Of a DNA stretch of 64,000 nucleotides, positions 22,001-29,540 are shown one piece after another (position 1 is the stretch's first letter; the number at the start of each line of letters is the position of its first letter). This DNA comes from Candidatus Woesearchaeota archaeon (lineage in GTDB: Archaea > Nanobdellota > Nanobdellia > Pacearchaeales > GW2011-AR1), in the NCBI GenBank assembly GCA_964467035.1, contig CAYXNX010000004.1, forward strand, positions 89 through 64,088, written 5' to 3'. The notes under the pieces are model-generated. The model had not been told where the DNA came from, searched no databases, and saw only the letters and a program-made list of their open reading frames with translations. The position numbers and the translations under genes are program-made.

Positions 22001-24692
22001 TATTAATAAAACAAAATATATTGGAGATATAGCAAAGGGTGAAGAAGAGGTTGTTTCTTGGGATGTAAACATCACTGATGCAGGAGTCTATAATAAAAGA
22101 TATAATTTTTCAGTTAATGTTTCTTGTAGTAATGCAGAAAAAAGAAATGACACTCTAAAAATATTTGCTTTACATAATTGGAAATCTCAATGTAATCATT
22201 CAAGAGAACATCCTGAAAACATCAATGAAACTTTTTATCAATATGAAGAAATTCCTGTAGATTGTTGGTTTTATAAAAACGGTAAATTAGCAGATCCTTA
22301 TGATATTACAATCCAATTGATGGGTACAGATACCTCTAAAGAGAGAAATGTTTGGAGAATTCATAGTTATGATAATAAAACTGATGAAGAAGTTAATGAA
22401 ATGATGCATAATGTGGCAAATATGTATTTGCCTGATGCGTTTTTTCAACCTCAACGGAAAGATCAGTTTTTTATTATAGAAAATTCTTCAGGCAATTTTG
22501 AGAGAGAAGGCGTTGGACATTACAAGACAGCGTTTTCCACTGATTATTTTAGTAACCCTAATAATTATTTTGTTCATTTTCAGGCAAATATATATGATGA
22601 TGAAGGAAATTGGTTAGATTATGCACCTCATGAAGACTTTTGGTTATTACCTCCAAAACCTTGTGTTTTTAGAGGAAACGGAACTATTGGTGAAAGAACA
22701 CTAAGATCCGGAGATGTAATTTCTGCTTATGATGCTAATGGAACTAAATGCGGAAACACTACAGTAACAGAGGAAAATAAATATGAATTATATTGTAGTG
22801 GAGACAACCAGGATTCTTCAGAAGATGAAGGAGCCAGACCAGGAGACAATATTAGTTTTGAAGTAAATGGTATGTCAGCTGAAACAGAAGGAGACGCAAT
22901 ATGGGAAACTAAGGAGATTAAGAATGTAAACTTATCTGTTGGTGCAATCTTTGATTTAGTCTCTCCCCCGAACAATACTTTTACCCAGAACAGAACATTT
23001 AATTTTAATTGGATGCATCCAAACACCACAGAGAGGAAGTTTGATTTATTGGTAGCAAATGATAGTTCTTTTAATGATATTGTTTTAAATGAACCTGCAA
23101 ATGAAACAGAATATCAAACAAACAGTTCTCAAAACTTATCTGATGGATATTATTTCTGGAGAGTGGATGCTTTTGATAATTCGTGGAATTTCTTAAACAA
23201 AACTGAATATTGGCATTTGATTGTTGACAATGTTGCTCCAGATATAATTTCTATTAATGTAACTCCTAAAATCGTAGAACCATTAAACCCTATTAATGTG
23301 AGTGCTAATATATCTGACAACAGAAAAATGGACAGAGTTGTTTTAAATATGACTTCTCCTGAAGGTTTGATAAAGAGATCCTGGGAGATGAATATTTCTG
23401 AAGGTCTTTATAAATTTATTATCCCGGAGGATGAAGTAGATAGGTTCGGACAATTTAACCTTACTATTTCTGCTTATGATAAAGCAGATAATTTGAACAG
23501 AACTAACTCTAGCTTTACTGTTGCAGAAGAAGGAGTTGCAGATGTTAATATTACCAACCCTGAAGATGATTCTGCAGTTGAACCAAATACTTCTTTTAAT
23601 TTAACTGCTAATATAACAGCTCTTCTAAAAAATATAAATGGATGTAATGCAACCTTGTTAATATCAAATCAATCTCTAATAAACAAAACACCAAATGAAA
23701 ATTACACAAAATCTATTGGCAGTTTGTCTAAAGATGAATCTATATCAGAATTATGGAATCTTTCAACTGAGAATAAAACCGGAAAAACTGAATTAACTGT
23801 AGAAACATCCTGCACTGATGGAGTTAGCGATAGTGAAACTATAACTCTTCATTTGATTAGAGATAAAATTTCTTACCCTTTTAATCTTAGTGCAGAAGTT
23901 CTTCCTAACCAGAAAGATATAAAAGTTAATTGGAGTGAAGTTCCTGGAGCAGATAGCTATAATATCTACCTGTCTCAGGATATAGACAATTTCGATTCTA
24001 GCCCTAATGTAACAGGAATTTCAGGAACTGCATGGAACCATACTTCTGCTGAACAAGATCAATACTATTTCTATAAAGTAGGGGCTGTAAGAAACACTTT
24101 TGTTAATATCTCTGAAGAAACAGTAGGAAAATTTACTTTTGAATATATTGCAAGCCAAGATGGAACTAAAGGATACAATTTTATAAGCCTCCCACTTAAT
24201 GTAAGTTATGATTCAGAAACTTTTTTGGAAGATATACCTTCTGATTATAATCCTGTAATATCAGAGTTAGATAGAAGTGATCCTGAAAAAGAAGAATGGA
24301 CTCCTCATGTTAAAGGTACAGAAAAGAATATGTTTAATCTAAGTTTAGGAGAAGGTTATATGATTAATGTGAATCATAATTATAGTCATACAATTGCAGG
24401 AGATGCAATAAATACTCCAACAAATCTTAGTTTAATTTCAAGTTCAGATGGAACTAAAGGATACAATGCTATTGGAATACAATATCATGCAGAGAATTAT
24501 GATTCAGAAACTTTTTTGGAAGATATACCTTCTGATTATAATCCTGTAATATCAGAGTTAGATAGAAGTGATCCTGAAAAAGAAGAATGGACTCCTCATG
24601 TTAAAGGTACAGAAAAGAATATGTTTAATCTAAGTTTAGGAGAAGGTTATATGATTAATGTGAATCATAATCATTCAATGATAATAGAATAA
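10068..24692 (+). CDS. giant cell-surface protein body (Ig-like/adhesin repeats, N-X-S/T rich); frame open from 10068, no ATG until far downstream
   Basis: I translated 10077-10800 codon by codon and found no stop, so the frame continues into the 4,635-aa track ORF. Many repeats of about 85-100 aa. No N-terminal signal of its own. Confidence 0.8.
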   Translation, partial: KKTNFSEGLVSDNSTLNKSPNKKTDFNDTKNLNESNQTGIDGNNTPINNTNNNTNPKINQSNQTLGNNTDFNETTSNETLDNKTLDNKTQDNGTILNQTTNNKTIENRTTEDETPDKETYENKTFENETYGNETFSRENKSLLVNITEPIHEDIKIGENVKWNSNLIIYNPYNHTWNNFSINITKKIPEDAFNISVNGSKKEKIIISEIDSQEEIKKDIEFYTSPVKINITENKTQTSLLDILPPEANNVQIKEMKKEQTNTLEKNIQSSKKESLKPSDIKGETIRKNIVLEHNSSLHYKNFSINIDTNSSKVRVKEKGKKEVLSENRKGKIELKVDRLSKKSFVVEEQVEGFSVLKKKHKDIEVGKDVNWSMNLNLTSENKIVEVTYQTPPPEKEEERIPNGKKVKVYSNSSNHYYNVSASTDISESKIKPRIYHLIDGKRVDITNKEKYNVRFIDENNNSKYDRIEWNVPKLSEQEFEIIEISDALHLDENRNFIRDVYDKVKEKDDNWATINNSQYLRATFEENLTEDNDITIYARPLESSGSIDIYKKGENNIIASFDNIDNEKEYKTYLEGMTGSSKTFDLKMSGDIELDYITDPTEDPMGNKGAISTTPGDTPFYTIDSNPQSCNLDRGESCTLTWRVNATGSEDTPWNFYGIIDSIHDSVNNMYSEIVNVTITSLSISESFNPNQNIETNEVVTVYGNIETSGGERIGNNPVSIYANGNSLGTTSTDSTGFYEFDFSLPTSGTYDINVTASRNNLYTDNSKQIKIWPSINVTESINPDTTQVKENVSIFGHVELYNGTILENHDISIYMGEDELKYNSSSGMLEKDATGDLTTDSSGNYNYTYQIPSEAGGAYIVKTNTSYHHERTGESTKTLYVQSGDEKLGAIPETEGAKPFYTIDSNPQSCNLDRGESCTLTWRVNATGHQHVGFSFYGIIESIHDSVSDVESSKNDITIAGMNLSEDFNKVSVDENESTVEVYGYLNTTDGEPVKDHNISIYIDGNRYYYNSGTDKIEQGASGQTKTDSNGFYNYTFTVPTAKHTVFINSTLNNIYAEENKTLLMRPEWNLTLNGVSDNITISSGEEVDAEISVTDPSVANMSIYREGVLRAEVYGGGNLTYIDSDYIEDKYYNITAFFPEQEGYLSDSITYFVIVGPDATNPDVTLLSPENNSELYGTTEFRFHVSDNFLRPLDCSLYLNGTKQENKSVSPNSNHSFNISSVPTGFPGEWYVNCTDEAGNSDKSEVRNYNFDSTKPFINITSPSNGTLFYTPTPELTVFVNDSYSSNFNYSIFIEGEVNKEGGGLTTGSNNITTNQLENGTYEVIVQAIDEYGNKANSTPKYIEVDNAYVSLISPEDNFVTTSPTINFDYKYIDDDYSTADCSLYVNGALEDSESDVLEGTESTLTYDHGQQGRDINWLIECETPNYDRSSERAISIDYKNPWYSDISENPESVANYTEENNTFSITAKDNIEIGSVVIEHNFSGTPENKTLDCSGSDTERDCSFSKQLSPGNYYYKYYINDSFGLKNSTEEISYIVQRETPSLTLNSDPSWNEELGTETNITCSVEENVNISLYRDGVLMGSSVGGSISDIQSLDIGTYNYVCNSSETSQYRPNSISNTLNITKKEDNIGLFLNGNQNNLTIAYGEESNATAISDSGTEQLFRDGIEISNPDINNLGVGYYEYLANSTGNSNYSSGGPVGYYLNVTRAQTNINLSIEPDHIYTGQQANFTCNVNHNQSQITLYEDGAELISGFGNISYSKTYSSEDNYTITCNTSESQNYTSYSESQLLGVGPKSNTTLDLTANPSWNEVYGTETTVDCSANHNEAEPNLFVGGESVSIPHTTKHPAGEYNYTCNISETANYQPEEASNIMNITKTEDNIGLFLNGNQNNLTIAYGEESNATAISDSGTEQLFRDGIEISNPDINNLGVGYYEYLANSTGNSNYSSGGPVGYYLNVTRATPNITLNSDPSWNEELDTETNITCSVEENVNISLYRDGVLMGSSVGGSISDIQSLDIGTYNYVCNSSETSQYRPNSISNTLNITKKEDNIGLFLNGNQNNLTIAYGEESNATAISDSGTEQLFRDGIEISNPDINNLGVGYYEYLANSTGNSNYSSGGPVGYYLNVTRASPGLEFSSENGFKIYKGQNTTIVCNSSDENLLVNLYRDGSLVNTSNGSVSEFVDFSSGSYDYKCNTTGNNNYSKEEISQNLNVSNKTETKLVLDSSEGWTISEKEETTLSCEIENHDETNASLFIDDTLVSSPYNFNDSLGDYSIKCNSSETENYSSETKTKELNVREEGSCNLSFSKDSAYRKENFTVYCNCLGNSQEQLFREGNNVTEEIGKNVSLDSAGTYGYLCYANQSSQYLYAENTSSFTITKTPSDINLTLNGAENNITVSQEENVDIVSSMVNPSEGSITVFEDGSIIREGENRVSFLKEFNNPGKYKITSKFSGNSDYSSTNESYYVNVLNTEAPEINLISPEDNSWISTTSKNFKFSADDEDDEVNCSLYINGGEISSKQVSTGTEQQFSFNGLDEGENQKWSIDCKDSAGNYANKSRNFNVDLTKPNATILSEDMNVSDSTPTIEVVMEDNYASNLSYEIYVDDLDNTQGFKLNKEGSGIENGTPTNITLDQLSKGTYKVYVKAIDNAGNTFSSETITIDISGSVMFLLSPDNNYHSSDDDINFTFRFSSETPEMNCSLYINDTIVANNESTEEGVNTTFEIFDIPDYFSTKWSVKCFKPSDPEVNANDTYNLRVDTEKPKWKNHSRYYNASETGITYINVTFTDNYEVGDIIMENDFDGGWKNTTLNCEGNRTYKKCSYSERLHGGNHTYRFIGNDSTGQVNKTPYFNHLIIEKYEFLLNDKDSDIWVQPGAVVKVYSNFVEPESGDVHVYREDTKIGTCSNANGCSYYPSFEEPGVYNMTANFYSNYTDKTYKRNHLVYVNGTPPKTNIYKNTSHVEQGYENIYINWTASDSFLNNSEFNITDPDGNLIYNSFNSAGEVILQLDNLTREGTYDIRLYADDYSGNKNESQDTFEVTDSMSPSLSIFKNQSEVEYNEESIYINWTSTDLNLDTTEFNVTYPNGTLIYESTSETGEINLTPGDITELGDYEINLWANDTAGNENSISEIFEVVDLGSPEVNIHSPENKTYGIEELLVNITANDEHGIDQIWYNWNGTNVTYTNPTNVTFNQGLNTLKAWTNDTSGNIAKDNVTFTIDTVPLNISILNPGNNSKFNYSNIIFNVSSNKEMEWCGISIDDGDNITMELNNSGTGANYSDTFEDREHYFEVSCNDSVGNTDTSGKYFFLVDTINPNLSIFKNETEVEYNEESIYINWTSTDLNLDTTEFNVTYPNGSVVYSSGNSDGEFGLSPANLTSVGYYNVSLWANDTTGNENSINDSFEVFAEVELNISKTSNLETIDPTGGEFNYIINISNIGYGDAKNITLVENYPENVTFINSTPTPDSGNNTWNFSVVEEGENKIIDIIVDANYGIENGTELVNIVNLTYLGRDKTEKNISAIEITKIIDENLPSALLISPSNASIFNESNVEFICSGMDSESVQKIKLYGSWGSGWEVKSEEEVNGTSTSATFNEDVLDEGKYIWSCEVIDIGGNKVMASQNRTFTVDETPPTVDLIDPVGNKTVGDKNIELTYNVSDNLSNVESCELFIDNSSVKSSNNINENSENNFNVSLNNRVYEWKVSCIDETDNEGFSDTETFNVELLLDVTLNTPKNNSYLNDSNVELNCSAESGYQLSNMTIFLKNGTWTNKTFNVSGYTNTSIWEVENLSEGESEWYCSASNIEGNESTSINKNTFYVDLTNPYIELIEPGNNSIKNEEETTFKYNVTDNISLIPRCDFYLDGAKNESFFNVSKNTVQEFGKEVSEGRHNWSINCNDTSGRLGSSPVFYFNYTGARYTVNITNPYTDIYESHFHLPPTESWFSNYTEAYFNKTYDVNATIDVFKSIYGCSASLIIKPDNLTYINKTKYIGDIAKGEEEVVSWDVNITDAGVYNKRYNFSVNVSCSNAEKRNDTLKIFALHNWKSQCNHSREHPENINETFYQYEEIPVDCWFYKNGKLADPYDITIQLMGTDTSKERNVWRIHSYDNKTDEEVNEMMHNVANMYLPDAFFQPQRKDQFFIIENSSGNFEREGVGHYKTAFSTDYFSNPNNYFVHFQANIYDDEGNWLDYAPHEDFWLLPPKPCVFRGNGTIGERTLRSGDVISAYDANGTKCGNTTVTEENKYELYCSGDNQDSSEDEGARPGDNISFEVNGMSAETEGDAIWETKEIKNVNLSVGAIFDLVSPPNNTFTQNRTFNFNWMHPNTTERKFDLLVANDSSFNDIVLNEPANETEYQTNSSQNLSDGYYFWRVDAFDNSWNFLNKTEYWHLIVDNVAPDIISINVTPKIVEPLNPINVSANISDNRKMDRVVLNMTSPEGLIKRSWEMNISEGLYKFIIPEDEVDRFGQFNLTISAYDKADNLNRTNSSFTVAEEGVADVNITNPEDDSAVEPNTSFNLTANITALLKNINGCNATLLISNQSLINKTPNENYTKSIGSLSKDESISELWNLSTENKTGKTELTVETSCTDGVSDSETITLHLIRDKISYPFNLSAEVLPNQKDIKVNWSEVPGADSYNIYLSQDIDNFDSSPNVTGISGTAWNHTSAEQDQYYFYKVGAVRNTFVNISEETVGKFTFEYIASQDGTKGYNFISLPLNVSYDSETFLEDIPSDYNPVISELDRSDPEKEEWTPHVKGTEKNMFNLSLGEGYMINVNHNYSHTIAGDAINTPTNLSLISSSDGTKGYNAIGIQYHAENYDSETFLEDIPSDYNPVISELDRSDPEKEEWTPHVKGTEKNMFNLSLGEGYMINVNHNHSMIIE
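11928..12010 (+). repeat. 83-nt exact repeat, copy 1 (copy 2 at 12771-12853), inside the giant gene
   Basis: Encodes YTIDSNPQSCNLDRGESCTLTWRVNATG in both copies. Confidence 0.9.
14709..16453 (+). repeat. near-identical intragenic repeats: 485-nt copies at 14709-15193 and 15969-16453, plus a third 243-nt copy at 15704-15946
   Basis: The 243-nt unit starts at 14951, 15704 and 16211 (agaagataacataggtttattcc...). The flanking 240 nt is shared only by copies 1 and 3, with a few substitutions. Confidence 0.9.
24206..24671 (+). repeat. C-terminal tandem duplication (period 291 nt); 175 nt identical at 24206-24380 and 24497-24671
   Basis: Encodes YDSETFLEDIPSDYNPVISELDRSDPEKEEWTPHVKGTEKNMFNLSLGEGYMINVNHN twice. 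Confidence 0.9.
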
Positions 24693-24734
24693 AAATAATA
24701 AATTTATAAATAATGATAAATAAGAATAAATAAG

Positions 24735-27700
24735 ATGCCAAGGGTAAAAAAAGGGGAATACAATAGAATAAAAAAGAAACTACTTTTAAATATATTTACT
24801 TTGATGTTTTTTATTATTATTTTATCAGGTCTTGTTTTAGCTGGAGGGAATAAGGCTGTTTGGACTTATGTAAACAAACCAAATGGAGACCCTGCTGAAG
24901 GAGCTAATGCAACCTACCGTGTTTTTTTAGAAGGCGATACAGGAGGATTCCCCGAATCTGAACAGTGTTACTGTGTTTCTTATCCAGGTGAAACTGCTTC
25001 TGATGGAAGTATGGTGGATGATCTAAGAAATTTAAAATATGAATCAACTTGTGCTTTTGGAGGAAGAGAAAAAGGAGATAGCTGTGGCTTACATTGGTCA
25101 GAAGGAGATCCAATATGGATTTTAGCAGATGGAAGTACAATGGATCCCCCGTTAGGAACAGGCAATGTTTCAGATACAATAGATGCATTTGGAACACAAA
25201 AGCTAGACAACATAACTCTTAGCTCAGGGCCAAATAATCCTCCGAATATTGACAGTGTTTCTCCTGGTTCGGGAAATTGGTATAATGAGTCTTCTTCCCA
25301 AGGTATTTCAGTAGAGGTTAATACTAATGAAGATTCAACATGTAGATGGAGTAAAAGCCCTATGGACTATTCATCAAAACCATATGATTTTACAGGAACA
25401 CAGTTAACTCATAATTATATCCTGGATTTGTGGCAAGAAAATGCAAATAATATTTACATAACTTGTCAGGATTCAGAAGGAGCTAATAGTGATGAGTATC
25501 ATTTAATACTGAACAAGGATACTACTTCTCCTGTTACTGATGATGATTATTCTTATAATGGGGGTTGGTATAATCAAAATGCAATTATTAATTTGAATGA
25601 GCAAGATTCTGGCTCAGGTGTAGATACTACCTATTATTGCATTGATGACTCAGATACATGTTCTCCTTCTCAAATATATAGTGATTCAGTTAATATCTCT
25701 GATGAGGGAACGAGTTACTTAAGATATTATTCAATAGACAATGTTGGAAATATCCAGGAAACCCAGTCTGTTGAAGTAAAAATAGAAAAAAATGCTCCGA
25801 TTACAGAAACAAACTTTACTAATAATAATACATGGGTGAATACAACCCAGTATGTCTGGCTGAACTATACTGATTCTGGCAATGTTTCAGGAAAAGATTG
25901 GACAAAGTATTGCACAGATGCTGGTTGTGATCCTTCAAGTGGAACAGATTATACAAGCCAGGTAGAATTTTCATCTGATCAAGAAACTAGCTTCAGGTAT
26001 GCAAGTAAAGATAATGCAGGAAATATTGAGACAACAAACGAATTAATTATAAAAATAGATAAAACACCTCCTACTACATCAGACGATTACACTCATGATG
26101 GAAGTTGGTATAACGACAATGCAGATATAACTCTTAATGAAAATTGTGATATTTCAGGATGTGAGTGGACAAAATACTGCACAGGAGAAGAATGTAATCC
26201 AAACACTGATTATACAGGAGAAACTATTGACTTTTCTGAAAATGGAACTCTAAGATATTATTCAAAAGATAATGCAGGCAATATCCAAGATGTTAGAGAG
26301 ACAACCATACTTATAGATAAAAAAGCTCCAGATATAAATGACGATTATGCCTATGATGATTTTTGGATAAATCATTCAACAGGAACAATAACATTAACCC
26401 CGAGTGATGCCGGAGGAAGTGGGTTAGAAAATGATCCTGATGCTGTTAAAATATGTGGGGGAGATGGGTGTGACCCTGAATCAACAAGTGGAATAAATTC
26501 TCCTTATGAATTAGATTATAGTTCTGAACAAGAAACTGTTTATAGATATCAATCATATGATAAAGCAGGAAGTGGCTCAGAAATAGGGAATTTTACAGTA
26601 AAAATAGATAAAACACCTCCAAATACCTATGATGATTATGCCTATAATGATACTTGGAATAATAAAAATGCTTCAATAAATTTAATTGAATCAGACCTTC
26701 CAGATCCTGCAAATTCAGGAATAAATATTACTTATTATTGTACTACAGATAATCTCAATGATTCCTGTGTTCTTGAAACAAAATATATAGGAGAAAAAAT
26801 AAATTTTTTTGAAAGCGGAGTTCTTAGGTACTATTCAAAAGATAATGCAGGCAATACTCAGAATGCTAAAGAAGCAATCATTAAAATTGATAAACAGAAT
26901 ATCTCAATTGCAAATGCCTCTGTTTTAATAGAAAATGGTTCAACTTATTCTACAGAAACAACTCTCCATTTTGATTATTTTGGATTTGAAGATCAAGCGC
27001 AACTTTCAGGAATAGATGGTTATTATTATAATTTTTCAAACAATGAAGGAACAACTTCAGGAAGCTGGGATACAGACCAAAATGGAGTTCTATCCGGAGC
27101 TAGCCAAGGGAATGTGAGTGTTTATGTATGGGGTAAGGATAAAGCAGGGAATATAGGTCCTGCAGTAAGTGATTCTATTATAGTAGATTCTGTCAATCCG
27201 GTTTTTTCTAATTGGAATAATTCTCAAATAAAAATGTCTGATTCAGGACCAATGAATATCAATGTAACTATAACAGATGAAACTTCTGGGGTAAAAGGAA
27301 TGCCTTCTATAAGATATAAATATGGAGAAGATAGTTGGTCTGAATGGAAAAATATAAGTTTGGTTTCCGGACAAAACTACACTTATGATATACCTGACCC
27401 AAATGGATGGTATGATTATTACAATGAAAACGTTTCTTGGCAGGTTAGAGCTAGAGATAATGCAGGAAATGAAGTAGATTCATCTATACATACTTTTCTT
27501 ATAGGCAGTGATGAACCAGCACCCATTGTAATACAAAAGAAACTAGAGTTTTTGAATGAAACAAAAGATTTTGTAAGATATAAAATAACAGATAAGGTAC
27601 ATAATACATTAAACAATACAGATATGTCTGATGTCCAGTTTGGAGATGGAGATATAATTCAGAATATAACACCGCCTGAAGACACATTTGACATAATTAA

Positions 27701-29000
27701 AGGAGAAGTTAAGATAAAAGAGAATAATGTTAAAATAGAGAAAGATTCTAAAAATAAAAACCATACATTTGAAACTGCTTATGCAGAATGGAATGGACAC
27801 ACATACAGATCTGTTATCCATGAAGTCGTTATCCCGGGTTATGGTGGTCCTTTTGATATAGGTGTAGATACTCCTCCTTCAGTCAAGCCTTCTGATGATG
27901 TAAGGGGAGACATAAACCTCATTAATATGAATCTAGATATTGGTAAAGATGTGGAAGTTAATTATTGGATAACTGATACAGAAAATAATGTAATAAACGG
28001 GTTAGAAGGGCAGAAAATGGTTTTTGCGGGGTCATTAGAAAATACATCTACTTTTGGGAAATTGAACTCTCCGTCTATTGAAGGAAATTATAGATTTTGG
28101 GCAGCAGTTACCTGGGCAGATGGGCATAATGCTAGTGCTTTTGATAGTTTTAAGGTAGAATCTGGAGGAGATGAAGGGGGTGGAGGCGGAGGTAGTGCAG
28201 GAGGAATTATAGGGAGTGTGGTGGAAGAACCGGAAAAAGAAACAGAAAAGAAAAAATACTTTGAGTTTGATATAAGTTTACCTCTTAAGAGAATAGAAAG
28301 AAATGAAATATTGTCGATATTAACAGGAATAGAAAATTTAGAACATAATACTTCTAGAGAAGTATCTATTGATTATACTATTGTAGATGAAAATAACAAT
28401 AGTATAATTAATGAAGGGGAAACAAAAACAGTAAATATTTCGAAATGTTTTTCTAAAAATATTTTGATTACCAATCAAACAGAAATAGGAGAATATACTG
28501 TTATAGCAGAATTGAATTATGGAGATTTTTCAACAATTTCAAGGGCAACTTTTGAAATAGTACCTGAAAAGACAAAAAATGTCATTAAAGAAAGTAAAAA
28601 TGTATCCTGTTGTCTTTGGTGTATAATAAGTGTCATATTGCTTTTGATAATAATCATTTATTATTTGTGGAGAATAAACAGGAATAACAACCAGATGGAT
28701 GATTCAGAAATTAAAGAGATTTTAAAAGAATCCATATCTGAAGTAAAATCTAAAATAGATCAAATCAAACCAAATAAACAAATATTAGAGAGGATGTTAT
28801 TAATAGAAAAAGAGGGTAAAAACAGAAAAAATATGAAGAAGACTTTAAAGAAATATATGCAAGAATCCATTTATACAAAACATAATAAAAAAATAGAGAT
28901 CATTTGTTTAATAGCTATAATTGCATTTATAATTTTAGGTTTTATATTATTCTGTTTAAGACCTGAAACATTATGTATTGGAGAAATTATATGGAATTAA
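24735..29000 (+). CDS. large surface protein with repeated Ig-like modules of about 95 aa and C-terminal TM helices
   Basis: N-terminal anchor LLLNIFTLMFFIIILSGLVLAGG. At least 5 modules DDY..(D/N)G.WYN...(Y/K)YC...LRYYS(K/I)DNAGN. A Gly-rich linker and two C-terminal hydrophobic helices. Confidence 0.65.
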   Translation: MPRVKKGEYNRIKKKLLLNIFTLMFFIIILSGLVLAGGNKAVWTYVNKPNGDPAEGANATYRVFLEGDTGGFPESEQCYCVSYPGETASDGSMVDDLRNLKYESTCAFGGREKGDSCGLHWSEGDPIWILADGSTMDPPLGTGNVSDTIDAFGTQKLDNITLSSGPNNPPNIDSVSPGSGNWYNESSSQGISVEVNTNEDSTCRWSKSPMDYSSKPYDFTGTQLTHNYILDLWQENANNIYITCQDSEGANSDEYHLILNKDTTSPVTDDDYSYNGGWYNQNAIINLNEQDSGSGVDTTYYCIDDSDTCSPSQIYSDSVNISDEGTSYLRYYSIDNVGNIQETQSVEVKIEKNAPITETNFTNNNTWVNTTQYVWLNYTDSGNVSGKDWTKYCTDAGCDPSSGTDYTSQVEFSSDQETSFRYASKDNAGNIETTNELIIKIDKTPPTTSDDYTHDGSWYNDNADITLNENCDISGCEWTKYCTGEECNPNTDYTGETIDFSENGTLRYYSKDNAGNIQDVRETTILIDKKAPDINDDYAYDDFWINHSTGTITLTPSDAGGSGLENDPDAVKICGGDGCDPESTSGINSPYELDYSSEQETVYRYQSYDKAGSGSEIGNFTVKIDKTPPNTYDDYAYNDTWNNKNASINLIESDLPDPANSGINITYYCTTDNLNDSCVLETKYIGEKINFFESGVLRYYSKDNAGNTQNAKEAIIKIDKQNISIANASVLIENGSTYSTETTLHFDYFGFEDQAQLSGIDGYYYNFSNNEGTTSGSWDTDQNGVLSGASQGNVSVYVWGKDKAGNIGPAVSDSIIVDSVNPVFSNWNNSQIKMSDSGPMNINVTITDETSGVKGMPSIRYKYGEDSWSEWKNISLVSGQNYTYDIPDPNGWYDYYNENVSWQVRARDNAGNEVDSSIHTFLIGSDEPAPIVIQKKLEFLNETKDFVRYKITDKVHNTLNNTDMSDVQFGDGDIIQNITPPEDTFDIIKGEVKIKENNVKIEKDSKNKNHTFETAYAEWNGHTYRSVIHEVVIPGYGGPFDIGVDTPPSVKPSDDVRGDINLINMNLDIGKDVEVNYWITDTENNVINGLEGQKMVFAGSLENTSTFGKLNSPSIEGNYRFWAAVTWADGHNASAFDSFKVESGGDEGGGGGGSAGGIIGSVVEEPEKETEKKKYFEFDISLPLKRIERNEILSILTGIENLEHNTSREVSIDYTIVDENNNSIINEGETKTVNISKCFSKNILITNQTEIGEYTVIAELNYGDFSTISRATFEIVPEKTKNVIKESKNVSCCLWCIISVILLLIIIIYYLWRINRNNNQMDDSEIKEILKESISEVKSKIDQIKPNKQILERMLLIEKEGKNRKNMKKTLKKYMQESIYTKHNKKIEIICLIAIIAFIILGFILFCLRPETLCIGEIIWN

Positions 29001-29443
29001 AATTTGTATATTCAAGAGTTTATTTCAGACATCTGACTAAATACAAAAAAGCAAATAAAGATTGGAAAGAAGTCAGAAAAATAGGAAAAGAATTTGAAGA
29101 AAAATATAAATCTGAGATAAACAAAATTATAAAAATAATTCCAAAAATTGTTAGAAAGCCTTGGAGAAAAAAAGAAATAGATGTTTATATTGTTGATTGG
29201 GTAGGTCCAAGTTTTTCTCATCCATTAACATTAAAAGTTCGTGAAGATTTATTATTAATGTTAGTTATTTTAACTCACGAACTTTTACATCAATTCTATA
29301 TGGAGGATTTTTATTTAGATGAAGAAGGAAATGAAGCTAAAATCAATGAGGATGTGAAAGAAGTTTTTGAAAAACTTGGACTTGATGTAAAAAAACAATT
29401 AAAAATATTGCAAAGTTATCACAATAAAAGGTTTTCCAAATAG
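28991..29443 (+). CDS. hypothetical protein with HExxH motif
   Basis: About 150 aa with an LTHELLHQF motif. No other recognisable feature. Start uncertain (28973 or 28991). Confidence 0.35.
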   Translation: MELKFVYSRVYFRHLTKYKKANKDWKEVRKIGKEFEEKYKSEINKIIKIIPKIVRKPWRKKEIDVYIVDWVGPSFSHPLTLKVREDLLLMLVILTHELLHQFYMEDFYLDEEGNEAKINEDVKEVFEKLGLDVKKQLKILQSYHNKRFSK

Positions 29444-29469
29444 GTGCACAGAAAATTGATTTTATTATA

Positions 29470-29540
29470 TTAAGCCCTGTTAAATCCGCCGACGAACGAA
29501 GTGAGGAGAATGACATACTCCCTGGCCTAAAGGCAGGGGT
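29470..29540 (+). repeat. junction element E4 (core CTGTTAA at 29477-29483, RM-1-like cgacgaacgaagtgaggaga, bulged hairpin 29518-29539)
   Basis: aagccCTGTTAAATCC is shared with 33626-33641. The RM-1 motif is shared with 34978-34997. Confidence 0.6.

Noticed and set aside
24160-24692. Diversity-generating retroelement (template and variable repeat) at the C-terminus of the giant protein
   Set aside because: The two copies are identical over 175 nt, so there are no adenine-specific mismatches. Both lie inside the ORF, and no reverse transcriptase is present in the window.
10750-24692. Numerous 60-100-aa antisense or off-frame ORFs inside the giant genes, and likewise inside 24735-29000, 38313-41204, 42643-44295 and 49684-51063
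   Set aside because: They are short, low-complexity and fully nested in long ORFs with clear domain structure. This is typical of AT-rich or repeat-rich sequence.
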